Shown: positions 12,908 through 25,421, counted from the first letter of the stretch. The stretch is DNA of 64,000 nt from Octopus vulgaris (GCA_951406725.2 OX597820.1:23932001-23996000), one strand, 5' to 3'. A program made the numbers and translations. The notes: generated by a model from the letters alone, not told the origin.

Positions 12908-13090
12908 TACATACACATACATACATACACACACACATACGACGGGCTTCTTTCAGTTTCCATTTACCAAATACACTCACAAGGCTTTGGTCGGCCTGAA
13001 GCTAAAGTAGAAGACACTTGCCCAAGGTTCCACGCAGTGGGCCTGAACCCGGAACCATATAGTTGGTAAGTAAGCTACTTACCATACAAA
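12336..13090 (-). mobile_element. SINE family B with a family D SINE nested in its microsatellite (12562-12860)
   Basis: B tail 12336-12550, D copy, (CA)n, B head 12940-13090. Confidence 0.85.
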
Positions 13091-13099
13091 TAGATTATA

Positions 13100-13882
13100 A
13101 TCTATTTGGAACATAATTTCTTTTGGGTTTGCTTTTTCACTTGATTTAGTCTAAAATTAGCATGATGATTTCAAAACGACAGTCAGTTTTCTTCTATCCT
13201 ATGAGAAAATCAAGGTTGGTGTGCCTGACTGGCCTCAGACTAGGTGGCTACTGCAAAATGAGCAGTTTTTGGAGACCATGTCTGGCGTTGAAAAGAAACA
13301 TGGAATACTTTTGCTGTAGCTGTGTCAGATTTTTCGGGAAACAGGAAGTCACCAAATTATGAAGAACATGTGTAGTCCGTGTTAACTAGTTTTCGAGTAC
13401 CGGGCTGCAACATGTGTGCAAAAGTTCACTTCTTGCACACTCATCTGGACTACTTTCCTGGAAGCCATAGTGCGATAAATCACGAACAAGGAGAAACCTT
13501 GATGACCAGGTATCAAGGCAGGTGGAACACAAACATGATGGCTGACTACTGCCAGTCTATGCAAAGAGACTGTCGTGATACAAGTTATTTACAAAAAGCA
13601 GCAAAGAGAAAATTCATTCCTTGAGTAGCTGAAACTCCAGTTTGACAGAAATATGTATTTAAACAATAAAATATACTATTTGGTTTGGGTTAGTTTCTTA
13701 TTTTAGTATTGCATCTAATGGCAAAATTGACATTTTATGGTAAAAATGAATTCTTGTTTAACAAAATCCTTGACGTGATAGAAAATTGCTGAGAGCATTT
13801 CTGAACCCAGTACCATCAAATTAAGTAGGACTATTTGTAAAAAGCAAGACGACAAAATTTTTTTCGAAAATGTTGACCAGTG
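13100..13882 (+). mobile_element. CMC/Chapaev-3-like DNA transposon remnant (3' part)
   Basis: GCNMCAKVHFLHTHLDYFP...EQGE...RYQGRWNTNMMADYC motif; terminus ...tgttgaccagtg followed by TTA. Confidence 0.7.
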
Positions 13883-14239
13883 TTATCAGTAAAATAATGA
13901 AAGTAGCTGACCAATCCTATTACTTACGGACAATCAATACAATTGTGCTTATTCAGAGAGTAAGCTGTAGAAAAAAATCATTGATATAAAAGAAAACTTA
14001 CTGTAAGTTTAAAATCAGTATCCAATTTTAGTCTTTCTACAGTTCTTTGATAATGCTTCACAAAAAGTGTCCTTGACCCATGTGACATACAATTAAAACA
14101 TTAAGGGCGCATTCAAAATACCAAATTTCATATGAAACAATTAAAGGTTTAACAAAAAACATATATCACCTGGTTTGTAATGATAGTTACACTAAATCAA
14201 GTACAGTGTGGGCATATCTGCAGACAAATTCTACAAATA

Positions 14240-14642
14240 GGCGTAGGAGTGGCTGTGTGGTAAGAAGGCGTTGAGCTGGTAGAAACGTTAGCACGCCGGG
14301 CGAAATACTTAGCAGTATTTTGTCTGCTGCTACGTTTTGAGTTCAAATTCCGTCGTGGTCGACTTTGCCTTTCATCCTTTCGGGGTCGATAAATTAAGTA
14401 CCAGTTGCGCACTGGGGTCGATATAATCAACTTAATCCGTTTGTCCTTGTTTGTACCTTCTGTGTTTGTACCTTGTGAGCAGTAAAGAAATAAGAAGCAT
14501 GCTTCCCAACCACACATTTCCGGGTTCAGTCCCAGTTCAATCCCACTACGTGGGACCTTGGGCAAGTGTCTTCTACTATAGCCTCGTGCCGACCAAAGCC
14601 TTGTGAGTGAATTTGGTAGACGGAATCTGAAAGAAACCCGTC

Positions 14643-14682
<40 letters not shown>

Positions 14683-14895
14683 TTGTGCATCTGTGTTTGT
14701 CCCCCCCACCATCGCTTTACAACCGATGTTGGTGTGTTTACGTTCCCCGTAACTTAGCGGTTCGTCAAAAGATACCGATAGAATAAGTACTAGGCTTACA
14801 AAGAATAAGTCCTGGGGTCGATTTGTTCGACTAAAGGTGGCGCTCCGGCATGGCCGCAGTCAAATGACCAAAACAAGTAAGAGAACAAAAGAATA
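14240..14895 (+). mobile_element. SINE family B with a family C SINE inserted just after its A box (14267-14492)
   Basis: ggagtggctgtgtggtaagaag | C element | aagaagcatgcttcccaacc; aagaag duplicated. Confidence 0.85.
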
Positions 14896-14954
14896 AATAT
14901 GGGACATGTAGGATATAAAGGACCACAGAAATATCTTGTTTATTAACATCTAGC

Positions 14955-15177
14955 GACGCGTTGTATTCTTGAGCAAGAAACTTTATTTCACGTTGCTCCA
15001 GTCCACTTAGCTGGCAAAAGTGATTAGTACCTGTATTTCAAAAGGGTCAGCCTCATCACTTTCTGTGTCACGCTGAATTTCCCAGTGAACCGCGTTAAGG
15101 GTACGCGTGTCTGTGGAGTGTTCAGCCACTTGCACGTTAACTGGAACCCTCGTCGTCGTGACTGACGGAGTGCCAGT
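14955..15177 (+). mobile_element. SINE family A, 5'-truncated, alternative 3' tail
   Basis: ttcttgagcaagaaactttatttcacgttgctccagtccac then tail ...cgtcgtcgtgactgacggagtg shared with 51840(-). Confidence 0.7.
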
Positions 15178-15403
15178 CTTTTAGATTGAAAGTAATGAAA
15201 GCAGCTCAAGTTCGATACCTTTTATTTACTGAAGATACTTCAATCATGACTTTTGATTTCACTTTTGTAGTTGCGTTTACTTTAAATGATATTGAAAACC
15301 TACGTTTCGAAAATTATGCCAAGCTCCTAATATGGGTCTGCATTTGATGAAACTAAACCTATCATTAGAAATGGTGACAATACCAGAAATGTTGAAGAAT
15401 GGA

Positions 15404-15812
15404 CTCTCTTTTACTCTTTTACTTGTTTCAGTCATTTGACTGCGGCCATGCTGGAGCACCGCCTTTAGTCGAGCAAATCGACCCCGGGACTTATTCTTTG
15501 TAAGCCCAGTACTTATTCTATCGGTCTCTTTTGCCGAACCGCTAAGTGACGGGGACGTAAACACACCAGTATCGGTTGTTAAGCATGCTAGGGGACAAAC
15601 ACAGACACACAAACACACACACACATATATATATATATATACATATATACAACAGGCTTCTTTCAGTTTCCGTCTACCAAATCCACTCACAAGGCATTGG
15701 TTGGCCCGGGGCTATAGCAGAAGACACTTGCCCAAGATGCCACGCAGTGGACTGAACCCAGAACCATGTGGTTGGTTAGCAAGCTACTTACCACACAGCC
15801 ACTCCTGCGCCT
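15404..15812 (-). mobile_element. SINE family B, full length
   Basis: Complete head-to-tail match to other B copies. Confidence 0.9.
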
Positions 15813-15814
15813 AT

Positions 15815-15942
15815 GGGACATTTGGGTTTGCAAAAAATTGTGACGTGATAGAGCAAAATGGATTTCATTTTTGAAGTCAGCTCACCGAAATTACTAGGAA
15901 ACATGTTTCCAACACCAGAAATAAAACCCATGTTCCTCAGTG
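15815..15942 (+). mobile_element. Chapaev-3-like right terminus fragment
   Basis: tgacgtgatag...tgttcctcagtg plus TTA, parallel to the end at 13770-13882. Confidence 0.5.
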
Positions 15943-15963
15943 TTATGTATTTTGTCTATAGAT

Positions 15964-16125
15964 GTAGGAGTGGCTGTGTGGTAAGTGGCTTGCTTACGAA
16001 CCACATGGTTTCGGGTTCAGACCCACTGCGTGACACCTTGGGCAAGTGTCTTCTACTATAGCTTCGGGCCGACCAAAGCCTTGTGAGTGGATTTGGTAAA
16101 CGGAAACTGAAAGAATCACGTCGTA

Positions 16126-16205
<80 letters not shown>

Positions 16206-16420
16206 TGTGTATATATATGTTTGTGTGTCTGTGTTTGTCCCCTAACATCGCTTGACAGCCGATGCTGGTGTATTTACGTCCCTGTAACTTAGCGGTTCGG
16301 CAAAGGGCCCCGATAGAATAAGTACTAGGCTTACAAAGAATAAGTCTTGGGGTTGATTTGCTCGACTAAAGGCGGTGCTCCAGTATGGCCACAGTCAAAT
16401 GACTGAAAGAAGTAAAAGAA
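15964..16420 (+). mobile_element. SINE family B, full length
   Basis: Complete match; internal (TA)n(GC)n(TG)n. Confidence 0.9.
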
Positions 16421-17162
16421 TACCTATGATCACACCCCCCCACACGCACGGACACACACACACGCATACACACACACGCTCCCATCCACACATCTGTACA
16501 AAAATCTACTTGTTCGCTCGCCTGTTATACTTTAGTTAGTTAGAGAGGTAGAGGTTGAGTGAGTGGAATAAATGTGTGTGAGAGAGAGAGGGGGGAGAAA
16601 TATGAGTAGAGAAGAAAGAAGAGAGGAATATAATAATACACTAAGGTCAAATGCATCACGTGGTTAGTTGAAGGGGGAGGCGAAGGACGAGCGAAAAAGA
16701 CGGTGAGAGAAAAGTGGGAGAGAGAAGTGTTAATGACGTGCTGCAGGGTGGGAAGGGAAAGGTGAAGAGAAGAGAGAAATGTTAAAGACAGAAAGAGGGG
16801 AATTACATGGTTAAACAATTTGTTGAAGAAGTAGAGAGAAAGAGAGAAATATAAAATGCTTAGCAGAGGGGAATTTTAAAATCATATAATATATTATTGT
16901 GGTTGGAAGTGAAATAACTTAGCAAAATAGAAATAAAAATGCCAATCATCCTTTCTTTCTTAGATAGCTTCTCTTAATCTTCTTCGTTCTGTGGAATTTC
17001 CACAGGTTCCATTAGTTAATACATACTATCCATTCTCAGTCTTGACAATTAAGTAAGAATATACTTCGCTGAGGAAGAATAATAGATGCAAAATGAAATA
17101 TGACCGTCGTTCTGTTCTGCTGTTGGTTTCAAAGACCAGATGTTCTCCAATACGCATTGTCA

Positions 17163-17790
17163 AATCCTTTCTATTATAGGCACAAGGCCTTTAATTTGGG
17201 GGAGGGGGATAGTCAATTACATTGACCCCAGTAATCAACTGGTACTTAATTTAGCGACCCCAAAAGGATGAAAGGCAAAGTCGACCTCGGCGGAATTTGA
17301 ACTCAGAACGTAACTGCAGACGAAATACCTATTTCTTTACTACCCACTAGGGGCTAAACACAGAGGGAACAAACAAGGACAGACAAACGGATTAAATCGA
17401 TTACATCGACCCCAGTGCGTAACTGGTACTTAATTTATCGACCCCGCAAGGATGAAAAGCAAAGTCGACCTCGGCAGAATTTGAACTCAGAACGTAACGG
17501 CAGACGAAATACCGCTAAGCATTTCGCCCGGCGTGCTAACGTTTCTGCCAGCTCGCCGCCTTAAATTACTTAAATATAATCTTTTCTACTCTAGGCACAA
17601 GGCTCGAAAATTTTGGGGAGGAGACCAGTCGATTAGACTGATCCCAGTACGCAACTGGTACTTAATTTATCGACCCCAAAAGGGTGAAAGGCAAAGTCTA
17701 CTTCGGCGGAATTTGAACTCAGAATGTAGCGACGGGCGAAATACCACTAATTTCGTCAAGCGTGCTAACGTTTCTGCCAACCCGCCGCCT
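17163..17790 (-). mobile_element. Cluster of three SINE family C units
   Basis: Family C body at ~17220, ~17405 and ~17640; two tail types. Confidence 0.85.
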
Positions 17791-18301
17791 ATTATTTAAA
17801 TATAATGCCAGATGATCGAAGTTTTTCAACTTAGTATATTATCTAACTGACATCTAGAATATTCTAGAATATTTGTAATTAATATAAAGAACGCTTCTCT
17901 GAGGTGCTTTCGTTCAGCTGTGTTATTAATATCCAGCTTGACGCATAAATGTGTGTCGGCCTTGTATTAATGTAAGAATTTATTAATATTTTCAATTATT
18001 TTATTCTATTTATTTGTTTCATACCCTTTAAGTTTTATCAAATTTTTTCTTTATTTTTTCATTGAATTCAGTTTATATTTATTTCACAATTTCAATTTTT
18101 TTAAGAATATATTTTCTCATCTACAATTATTTTGCATTTGATCATTGTATTTTCAATTTTTTCCTTTTAAACAAAATAATATCGATCCGTTATGTTTATT
18201 TATGCATTTGATGAATTAAAAAGTAATTTTTAAATTAATTTGATAAATTCAATCTTTTTCCAAAGTAAATCAATTCCATTTTTTTTTACAAATTTTATAG
18301 A

Positions 18302-19620
18302 CTAACTACCAGAGATACCCAGCGTTGCCCGTGTTACATACAAATGAAGAATTAGACATTTCTGTTATATTTTCTCTAATGAACTGGAATATCTATGTTT
18401 CGAATTTTATCAAAATTGCAGATGAGGGATATTCCCTCTTTACAACCCCACCAAAAATTGTAATCGTGCCACATATATCCCATACTACTGATTTTTATGC
18501 GCATATTCCAAAATTCCAGTCTTATTGAACCTGTTAAAAAGATTTTGCTCCTGAAAAATGAAGGTCATGGAGCTCTAAAATGTGAGAGTTAAGGCCCCTG
18601 TTGGGGGTGAGTATCTTAATGTCAACCAGAGAAGTTGAATTGTTGAGAATCTTTTTAACTTGGGTCTTATATCTATTGTTTGAATTTCTTTGAAATAGGA
18701 AATATATGTTCACTGGGTTTGTAAAAGAGAGCAAAGCTACAGGAAACCAAAAGACGAATGATCACAATAAGCAGTCAGTTACCCTACCCTAGTCGTTACC
18801 ACTCCCAATGTAGGATTCCTCACCATCCAGGTGATAGGCACAGCCGTAAGATGCATTACGAATCTATAGCAATTGAAAGGGCGTGACCCATCTGAAACAA
18901 ACCTTAACAAATGTATGACGTGAGGGCTAAGGAGAAATGAAAGTTGGAGTTTGCAAATGACCACTATACTGATATGTAACTGGACAGAATAAATTTACAA
19001 TCTCTAAATGTCTTTGAATAACCAGTCACTCATCTGGGAAGGCCTTGAAATCAATGTTACCATCTGGGGACTATGTGTGACCGAGTGATAATAAAAAGAC
19101 TGAAAGGAGGTCTGCAATCAAATAACTTTACTCAACACTTTGCAACTGAATCAGTGGAGGCAAAGATACCTCTCACTTACTTGACAATTTATGCAGCACA
19201 TTGCAGAAATCACATTGTAAGTTTATGTCAAAGCAAACTGTTACACTGTTGTACCATTGAATTAGAAATAATGCTCAACTTTTATGCTCGGGTAACCCTA
19301 CAGCTTCCAAGAGCACAACTGTATTCGTTTTTGCTTTGATAAAATGACAAAATTGTGGGTGTTAAGTCCCCATGGAGGGGTCTTTATAACTTGTAAGAAG
19401 ATGAAATTTTATAAATATTACTTCATTTGTGTCTAATATCTATGGTTAAAATTTCCTCAACAGCAAAAATATATGAATTGTCATGGGGGTTATGGCCCTA
19501 GTGCATAGAATATAATTTCCAAATTTCATAAAGATCCATTCAGTACTTTTGACCTAGCTTTGGATCATAAAACAAATGACTAAAATTTGGGAGTTAAGGC
19601 TCCCATTAGGGTTTTATATA
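18302..19620 (-). mobile_element. Probable non-autonomous Helitron
   Basis: Subterminal hairpin-like atacccagcgttgcccgtgt at ~18316-18335 next to a degenerate CTAG-like end; far end aaatttcataaagatcc...ttttatatata; internal repeats gttaaggcccc. Confidence 0.45.
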
Positions 19621-19666
19621 TATATATATATATACTTGTAAAGTATATATATATATATATATATAC

Positions 19667-20220
19667 TTTACAAGATAAGGGCAGAAGAAAAATTCTAATG
19701 CCAGATACATTGATAAAATTTTTTTCCCGGTAATTTTTTTTATCCTATATCAATTATAAATAGATTAGTATTCACTTCCGGATTCTATCACTCTGTGAAA
19801 GTTTCTAGTTCGAATCACACGTGTCTCGAGGTGCGCCTAAGATTTTTCTATTTGGATATATTTGGGGTACTTAAGTCTGCTCGTGACTTGATGCTTGCTT
19901 CTTCCGTGGGTATGAATAAGTATTTCATTTATATCTCGCGTATGTGCCGCTGAAGAGGGGAAAATTTCTTGTGAATTAACCCCGAAATTGGACCAATACG
20001 GTAATAACGAATTTTTTAGAGATTTCTATCGGTTTGTTTCGAGACGCATAAATTTAATGGTTATCGACAATTTTTTTGTTTCGGCGTATCTGGCATTAGA
20101 ATTTTTCTTCTGCCCTTATCTTGTAAATTATGTATAAATTTTACCTTTCAAGGCATTTTTTGATATACTGGCCATTGATAAAATTTTTTTCCCGAAAAAT
20201 TTTTTATCCTATATCAATTA

Positions 20221-20222
<2 letters not shown>
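19667..20222 (+). mobile_element. Non-autonomous Penelope-like element: inverted 5' segment, direct repeat and hammerhead, inserted in (TA)n
   Basis: Perfect 42-bp inverted repeat 19667-19708 / 20086-20127; ~50-bp direct repeat 19708-19757 / 20173-20222; hammerhead inside. Confidence 0.7.
19945..20003 (+). ncRNA. Type I hammerhead ribozyme, apparently intact
   Basis: Stem I tgccg/cggta; core CTGAAGA 19950-19956; stem II gggg/cccc; GAAA 19984-19987; stem III ttgg-a-ccaa; AUA cleavage triplet ending at 19998. Confidence 0.75.
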
Positions 20223-20274
<52 letters not shown>

Positions 20275-20540
20275 CAAAAATAAATTGATAGATACAACTG
20301 ATTGGGCAAACAAAAATATGAGACACAGCCTAGTGCTTTTTTACGTTGATAAGCTTGGTACTTAGTCTATTAGTTTGTTCTTGTGAAACCAGTAAGTTAA
20401 GTGGATGTAAATAAATGAACAGCAGTTGTGAAGCAGTGGTGAGGGCGAAACACAGAGACAAACATAAACTTACATATATACATACATATATTTACGATTG
20501 ATATGTTTCAGTTCCTGTCTATGAAATTCATATATATATT

Positions 20541-21849
20541 GTTGGCATCCTTTTTGTCTCGGGAGACAATGGAGTTGCGCATAAAATAATCTAGTCCGGC
20601 TTTTACATTTCATGTCCTAATACATCTCCTGCTATGGCTGTGTAGTCCTATCCTGGACAAACACTCCATCTGGCAGGTGCCGCAAATGTAGCGAAGACTT
20701 TTCCTGGATGGTTGTAATGTCATACTTTCTTGTTGACGTCTTTTCTTGTCTTTCCATTTCTCCTCTCTCTCTCTATGTCGTTCTCTGTGTTCCCTCTTTT
20801 ACGGGACGTCGCCAATCTCCACGGTTGCTGGCGACTGCTTCCCAGTTGGTAATATTGATGTTGCAGGCATTCATGTCTCTTTTGCAAACATCCTTGTATC
20901 GTAAGAACAGTCTTCCCACAGACCTAGTGCCCCTAGCAAGCTCTCCGTTGAGTATGTCCTTGGGGATTCTGCCATCTTCTATACGGCTAACATGTCCAAG
21001 CCATCTCATACGTCTTTGTGTGAGGAGAGAAAACATGCTTGGTATTCCTGCTTGCTTGAGGACATCTTTGTTGGGGACATGATTCTGCCATTTGATGCGA
21101 AGGATTTTCCGGAGGCAGCGCAGGTGAAAGATATTTAGGCGACACTCTTGTCGAGTGTATGGCGTCCAAGTCTCACTTCCATAAAGTAGAGTGCTAAGTA
21201 TACATGCCTGGTAAATCTTCATTTTTGTGGTCTTGGTCAGCTTATTGTTGTCCCATGCCCGTTTGGATAGTTGGGCCATCACAGCAGCTGCCTTGCCAAT
21301 GCGTATATTGAGCTCAACATCAAGGGATAGGTTGTAGGTGACGGTAGAGCTAAGATAGGTAAACTTCTCCACTTACTGTAGTCTGTGGTCTCCAATATGT
21401 AGGTTTGGGATGTCCGATGTAGCCTGACCCATGGTTTGGTCTTCTTGAGGCTGATAACTAAGCCAAAGTCGCTACATGCTTGCTCAAAGCAGTTGATGGG
21501 CCTTTGTAGGGCTCCTTCTGTGTGTGATACCAGAGCGGCATTATTAGCAAATAGTACCTCCTTGATCAGGACGCTTCTGATTTTGGTCTTGACACGCAGA
21601 CGCGAGAGATTGAACAGTTTCCCGTCTCTTCTACTGTGCAGAAACACTCCATCATCTGGTGTCTGAAAAGCATGTGACAGCAGCAGCGAGAAGAAGATAC
21701 CAAATAATGTAGGAGCAAGGACACAACCTTGCTTTACCCCATTTTTTATTTAGAAGGCGGCTGATGTTGAACCGTTGTGTTGTATGGTGCCTTCCATATC
21801 ATCATGGAAAGATTTGATGATCCTCAGCAGCTTTGGTGGACAGCAGCTT
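20541..21849 (-). mobile_element. RTE (BovB-like) LINE fragment, dead reverse transcriptase
   Basis: GVKQGCVLAPTLF...DGKLFNLSRL...LFANNAAL (catalytic FADD mutated)...LLYGSETWT...RWLGHVSRIEDGRIPKDILNGEL; frameshifted. Confidence 0.9.
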
Positions 21850-22104
21850 TGGCCAAGCCAAGCCAAGCCAAGCCGTCTCAGTTTTATATATAGAGAGATT
21901 CTGTACTGATTTTATATATTCGTTTCATACTAAATATATACTCATACAGGTGTGGCTGTGTGGTAAGAAGCGTGCTTTCCAACCGCATAGTTCCGGGTTC
22001 AGTCCTACTGCGTGGTACCTTGGGCAAGTGTCTTGTACTACAGCCTCAGACCGACCAAAGCCCTGTGAGTGGATTTGGCTGACGGAAACTGAAAGAAACC
22101 CATC

Positions 22105-22146
<42 letters not shown>

Positions 22147-22486
22147 AATTTAAAATTAATCAAAGGACATACTAGGTATGTCAACCTGCTTGAAATAACA
22201 GTCAAAACTCTTATTAAATCGCTAAAAATACACCGATAAAAACTACAGAAATCAAACGAAGTCAAAATCAGGCCAAGACAATGTACTAATATACATTTAA
22301 GTATTTGGACTCAAGTGGATCGATTTCTGCATTGGTAAAATAAAACCTTAGCTTCTTCAGCATGTGTTACCATCCCTCGGCTATTTAATGCTATTTTTTG
22401 GCCTGCTATCGCCTGTGTCATTGATTCTGTTATTATCATTTTAAAAATTGTTACATTGGATAATAATAGGATTAATGACACCTTCG

Positions 22487-22570
<84 letters not shown>

Positions 22571-22840
22571 TGTCTGACAACCACTGTTAACGTTCCCGTA
22601 GCATAGTGGTTCGGCTAAAGAGACCGATAGAATAAGTATCAAGCTCAGCAAAATTTATATTATTTGCTCTCAACCGTAGCAAGGCTCTATGACCTCACTA
22701 CCTCCTCCTGGTCAAAACAAAAAGTAAAATCTAAATCCTTTCAGTCTGGTTGCAGTCAAATGACTGAACAAGATAATATACTCGTATCACGCAAATTATA
22801 TATATACTCATTTGATAATTTTATGTATTCATTATATATA

Positions 22841-23192
22841 CAGACGAGTAATATTCGTAGCCACTTCAACAGACAGATTTTTTAAACCCCAAGAGGACAT
22901 CTCCTCTAGCTGGTTAACGATGCACAGCCGCGTCCGATAAATTGCGAGCAAGGGAGCGAACCCCTACCACTTTCTAGCGACGGGACCAGTAGACCAGTCC
23001 TGGTTTCGGGATATTTCTGCTTCTCTTTCTCCCGTCGCTTGAAGGTGGTAGGGGTTCGGTCCCCTACTCGCAATTTATTAGATGCAGCTCTGCATCGCTA
23101 ACCAGCTAGAGGAGATGTCTTCTTAGGGCTAAAAAATCGCAGTACAATCCGTCCCAACAGACAGCCATGTGACTACGAATATTAATTGTCAG
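22841..23192. mobile_element. Fold-back MITE-like element flanked by TA
   Basis: Arms ~22841-22985 and ~23030-23192 are imperfect inverted repeats (gacatctcctctagctggtta / taaccagctagaggagatgtc). Confidence 0.7.
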
Positions 23193-23984
23193 TACAACTA
23201 CTGCGTTGATCTCTTAGAGAAATTTTAGAACTAGCATTTTTGATTATAGATACGCATTTCATGCTAATTATATATGCTAATAACATCCATTACATATACT
23301 CATTTCATACAAACTTTATATAATCTTTTTGTACTAACTTCAAATATTTCATGAATGAAATCTGTTTCTTAAATTCTACTGATATAAAAGATCTTATAAA
23401 TAAATTTAATTACCCACATATATTAATTTTATAATATTTTTTTCATCTTTTAATCAGGAGGGAAAGCAGTGCCATCACCCATTACAGGGCCCCCCAAACT
23501 GATGGGAGAAGGTTGAAAGGAAGATACCCCTAAACTAGAAACCTGGCCCAAATGCTTTCATCAACGTGAACTCACCGAAAGCTACCCAAGGTGCCGGGTA
23601 GTTGTGTTAAACCGAGTGACGAGTTAAGTCTACCACCCAAACAAGCTGCGGTGGGAGCTGAACTTAGAATGTAAAGTATTGGGCAAACGCCGAAAGACAT
23701 CCGGTCCGACGTTTTTACAGTTTCATCAATACTCAAAAAGGCCATGGTGGAATTTGAACTCAAAATGTAAAGTGCCGGACAAATATTGCAAAGCATCCGG
23801 TCCGAAAGTTCTTAGAAGTTCCACCAATGTCCCAAAAGGTCATCCGAACCAACATTCTTACGCTTCCGTCAATCCATTTTCCTACATTGATACTTTATTT
23901 ATCGATCCCCAAAGAATGATAGGCAATGTTAATATTGACTGGATTTGATCTCGGAGTGCAGTGAGTCGGAACATTCTGTTCAAT

Positions 23985-24216
23985 AGGCGGTGAGCTGGCA
24001 GAAACGTTAGCACGCCGGGCGAAATGCGTAGCCGTATTTCGTCTGCCGTTACGTTCTGAGTTCAAATTCCGCCGAGGTCGACTTTGCCTTTCATCCTTTC
24101 GGGGTCGATTAAATAAGTACCAGTTACGCACTGGGGTCGATATAATCGACTTAATCCGTGTATCTGTCCTTCTTTGTCCCCTCTGTGTGTAGCCCCTTGT
24201 GGGCAGTAAAGAAATA
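23985..24216 (+). mobile_element. SINE family C monomer with 16-bp TSD
   Basis: ggaacattctgttcaa on both flanks; head tggcagaaacgttag...gagttcaaattcc. Confidence 0.92.
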
Positions 24217-24508
24217 GGAACATTCTGTTCAACATTTTAAAAAACTCTGGCAGTTCGCCTCATGTAAATAGATATCTGTAATGTCTGTTTTCTAAAATAT
24301 TTATGTATACTGTTGTGACTGTAGAGTCAAAAATTTAGCTTCGCAACAATGAGTTACTAATTTGGATTCCGCTACACGCACCTTGCCTATATATCTTGTA
24401 TCACCTCTGATTAACGAATAAGTTGTGAACAAAATTTGGGTTGTTGTGCAAGAAAGATAGAGCTTGTAAAATAATGTGTAGGTGTATCTGTGTGTATGCA
24501 TGTGCGTT

Positions 24509-24540
<32 letters not shown>

Positions 24541-24844
24541 AAGAGAGGGGGAAGATATGTGTATATTGAGTAAGAAAGATAGTGCGTATGCAATAGCTTG
24601 TAGGTGCGTGTGTGTGTGTTTGTGGGTGCGTGTGTTTGTGGGTGCGTGTGTTTGTGTGTGTGAGGAGGAGAGAGAGAGAGAGAGAGAGAGAGTGTTTAAG
24701 TATGTGAGTGTTTGTGAAAGTATTTGACATCATACAAATGGCATAATCAGAGAAAGAAAGACAGGGGTCTTGGTTCCTTTCTGAGCCCCGAATCCAGGCA
24801 GGAAATTATCTGATCCAAATTCTTGCATCCCAAAGTGGTCGGTG

Positions 24845-25075
24845 TGGAGGTGCATTGCTTAGTGGTTAGGAGTGTTGGAATCATGACCATAAGATTGTAG
24901 TTTCGAAACCTGGACCAGGCTATGCGTTGTGTTCTTGAGCAAAACACTTCATTTCACGTTGCTCCACTCCACTCAACTGGCAAAAATGAGTCACTCTACG
25001 ACGAACCGGCCTTCAAGTGGGGAATATATGCATTACGAAAACCGGGAAACCGGCCGTTATGAATCGGCATGACAA
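24845..25075 (+). mobile_element. SINE family A
   Basis: Matches head and body of 27-285. Confidence 0.75.
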
Positions 25076-25421
25076 AGGGGTCGATAGTGATGCTAAATCG
25101 GTTGAGTAATCACGTGTACCATCCAAGGTCTGTATGAGAGACAGGATGTGTTGAGTATCGTTGTTTTTGATCCATGATCAAAGGCATCCCAATTATGACC
25201 ATCCCGTGTTATTCCTATCTTTGATCTTTTACTTGTATCAGTCATTGAACTGGAACAATGTTGGGGCACCACCTTGAACTATTTGGTTGAGCAAATCAAT
25301 CCCGGTATTATTCTTTTAAAGTCTGGTATCTATTCTATCGGTCTCTTTGTCGAATCGCTGAGTTACGGGATGTAAACAAACCAGCACCAGTTGTCAAGTG
25401 GTTGGTGAGTACTAACATACA

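Noticed and set aside
23985-24075. tRNA-like sequences with A and B boxes
   Set aside because: Each runs into a SINE body and tail, often with TSDs, so they are SINE heads rather than tRNA genes.
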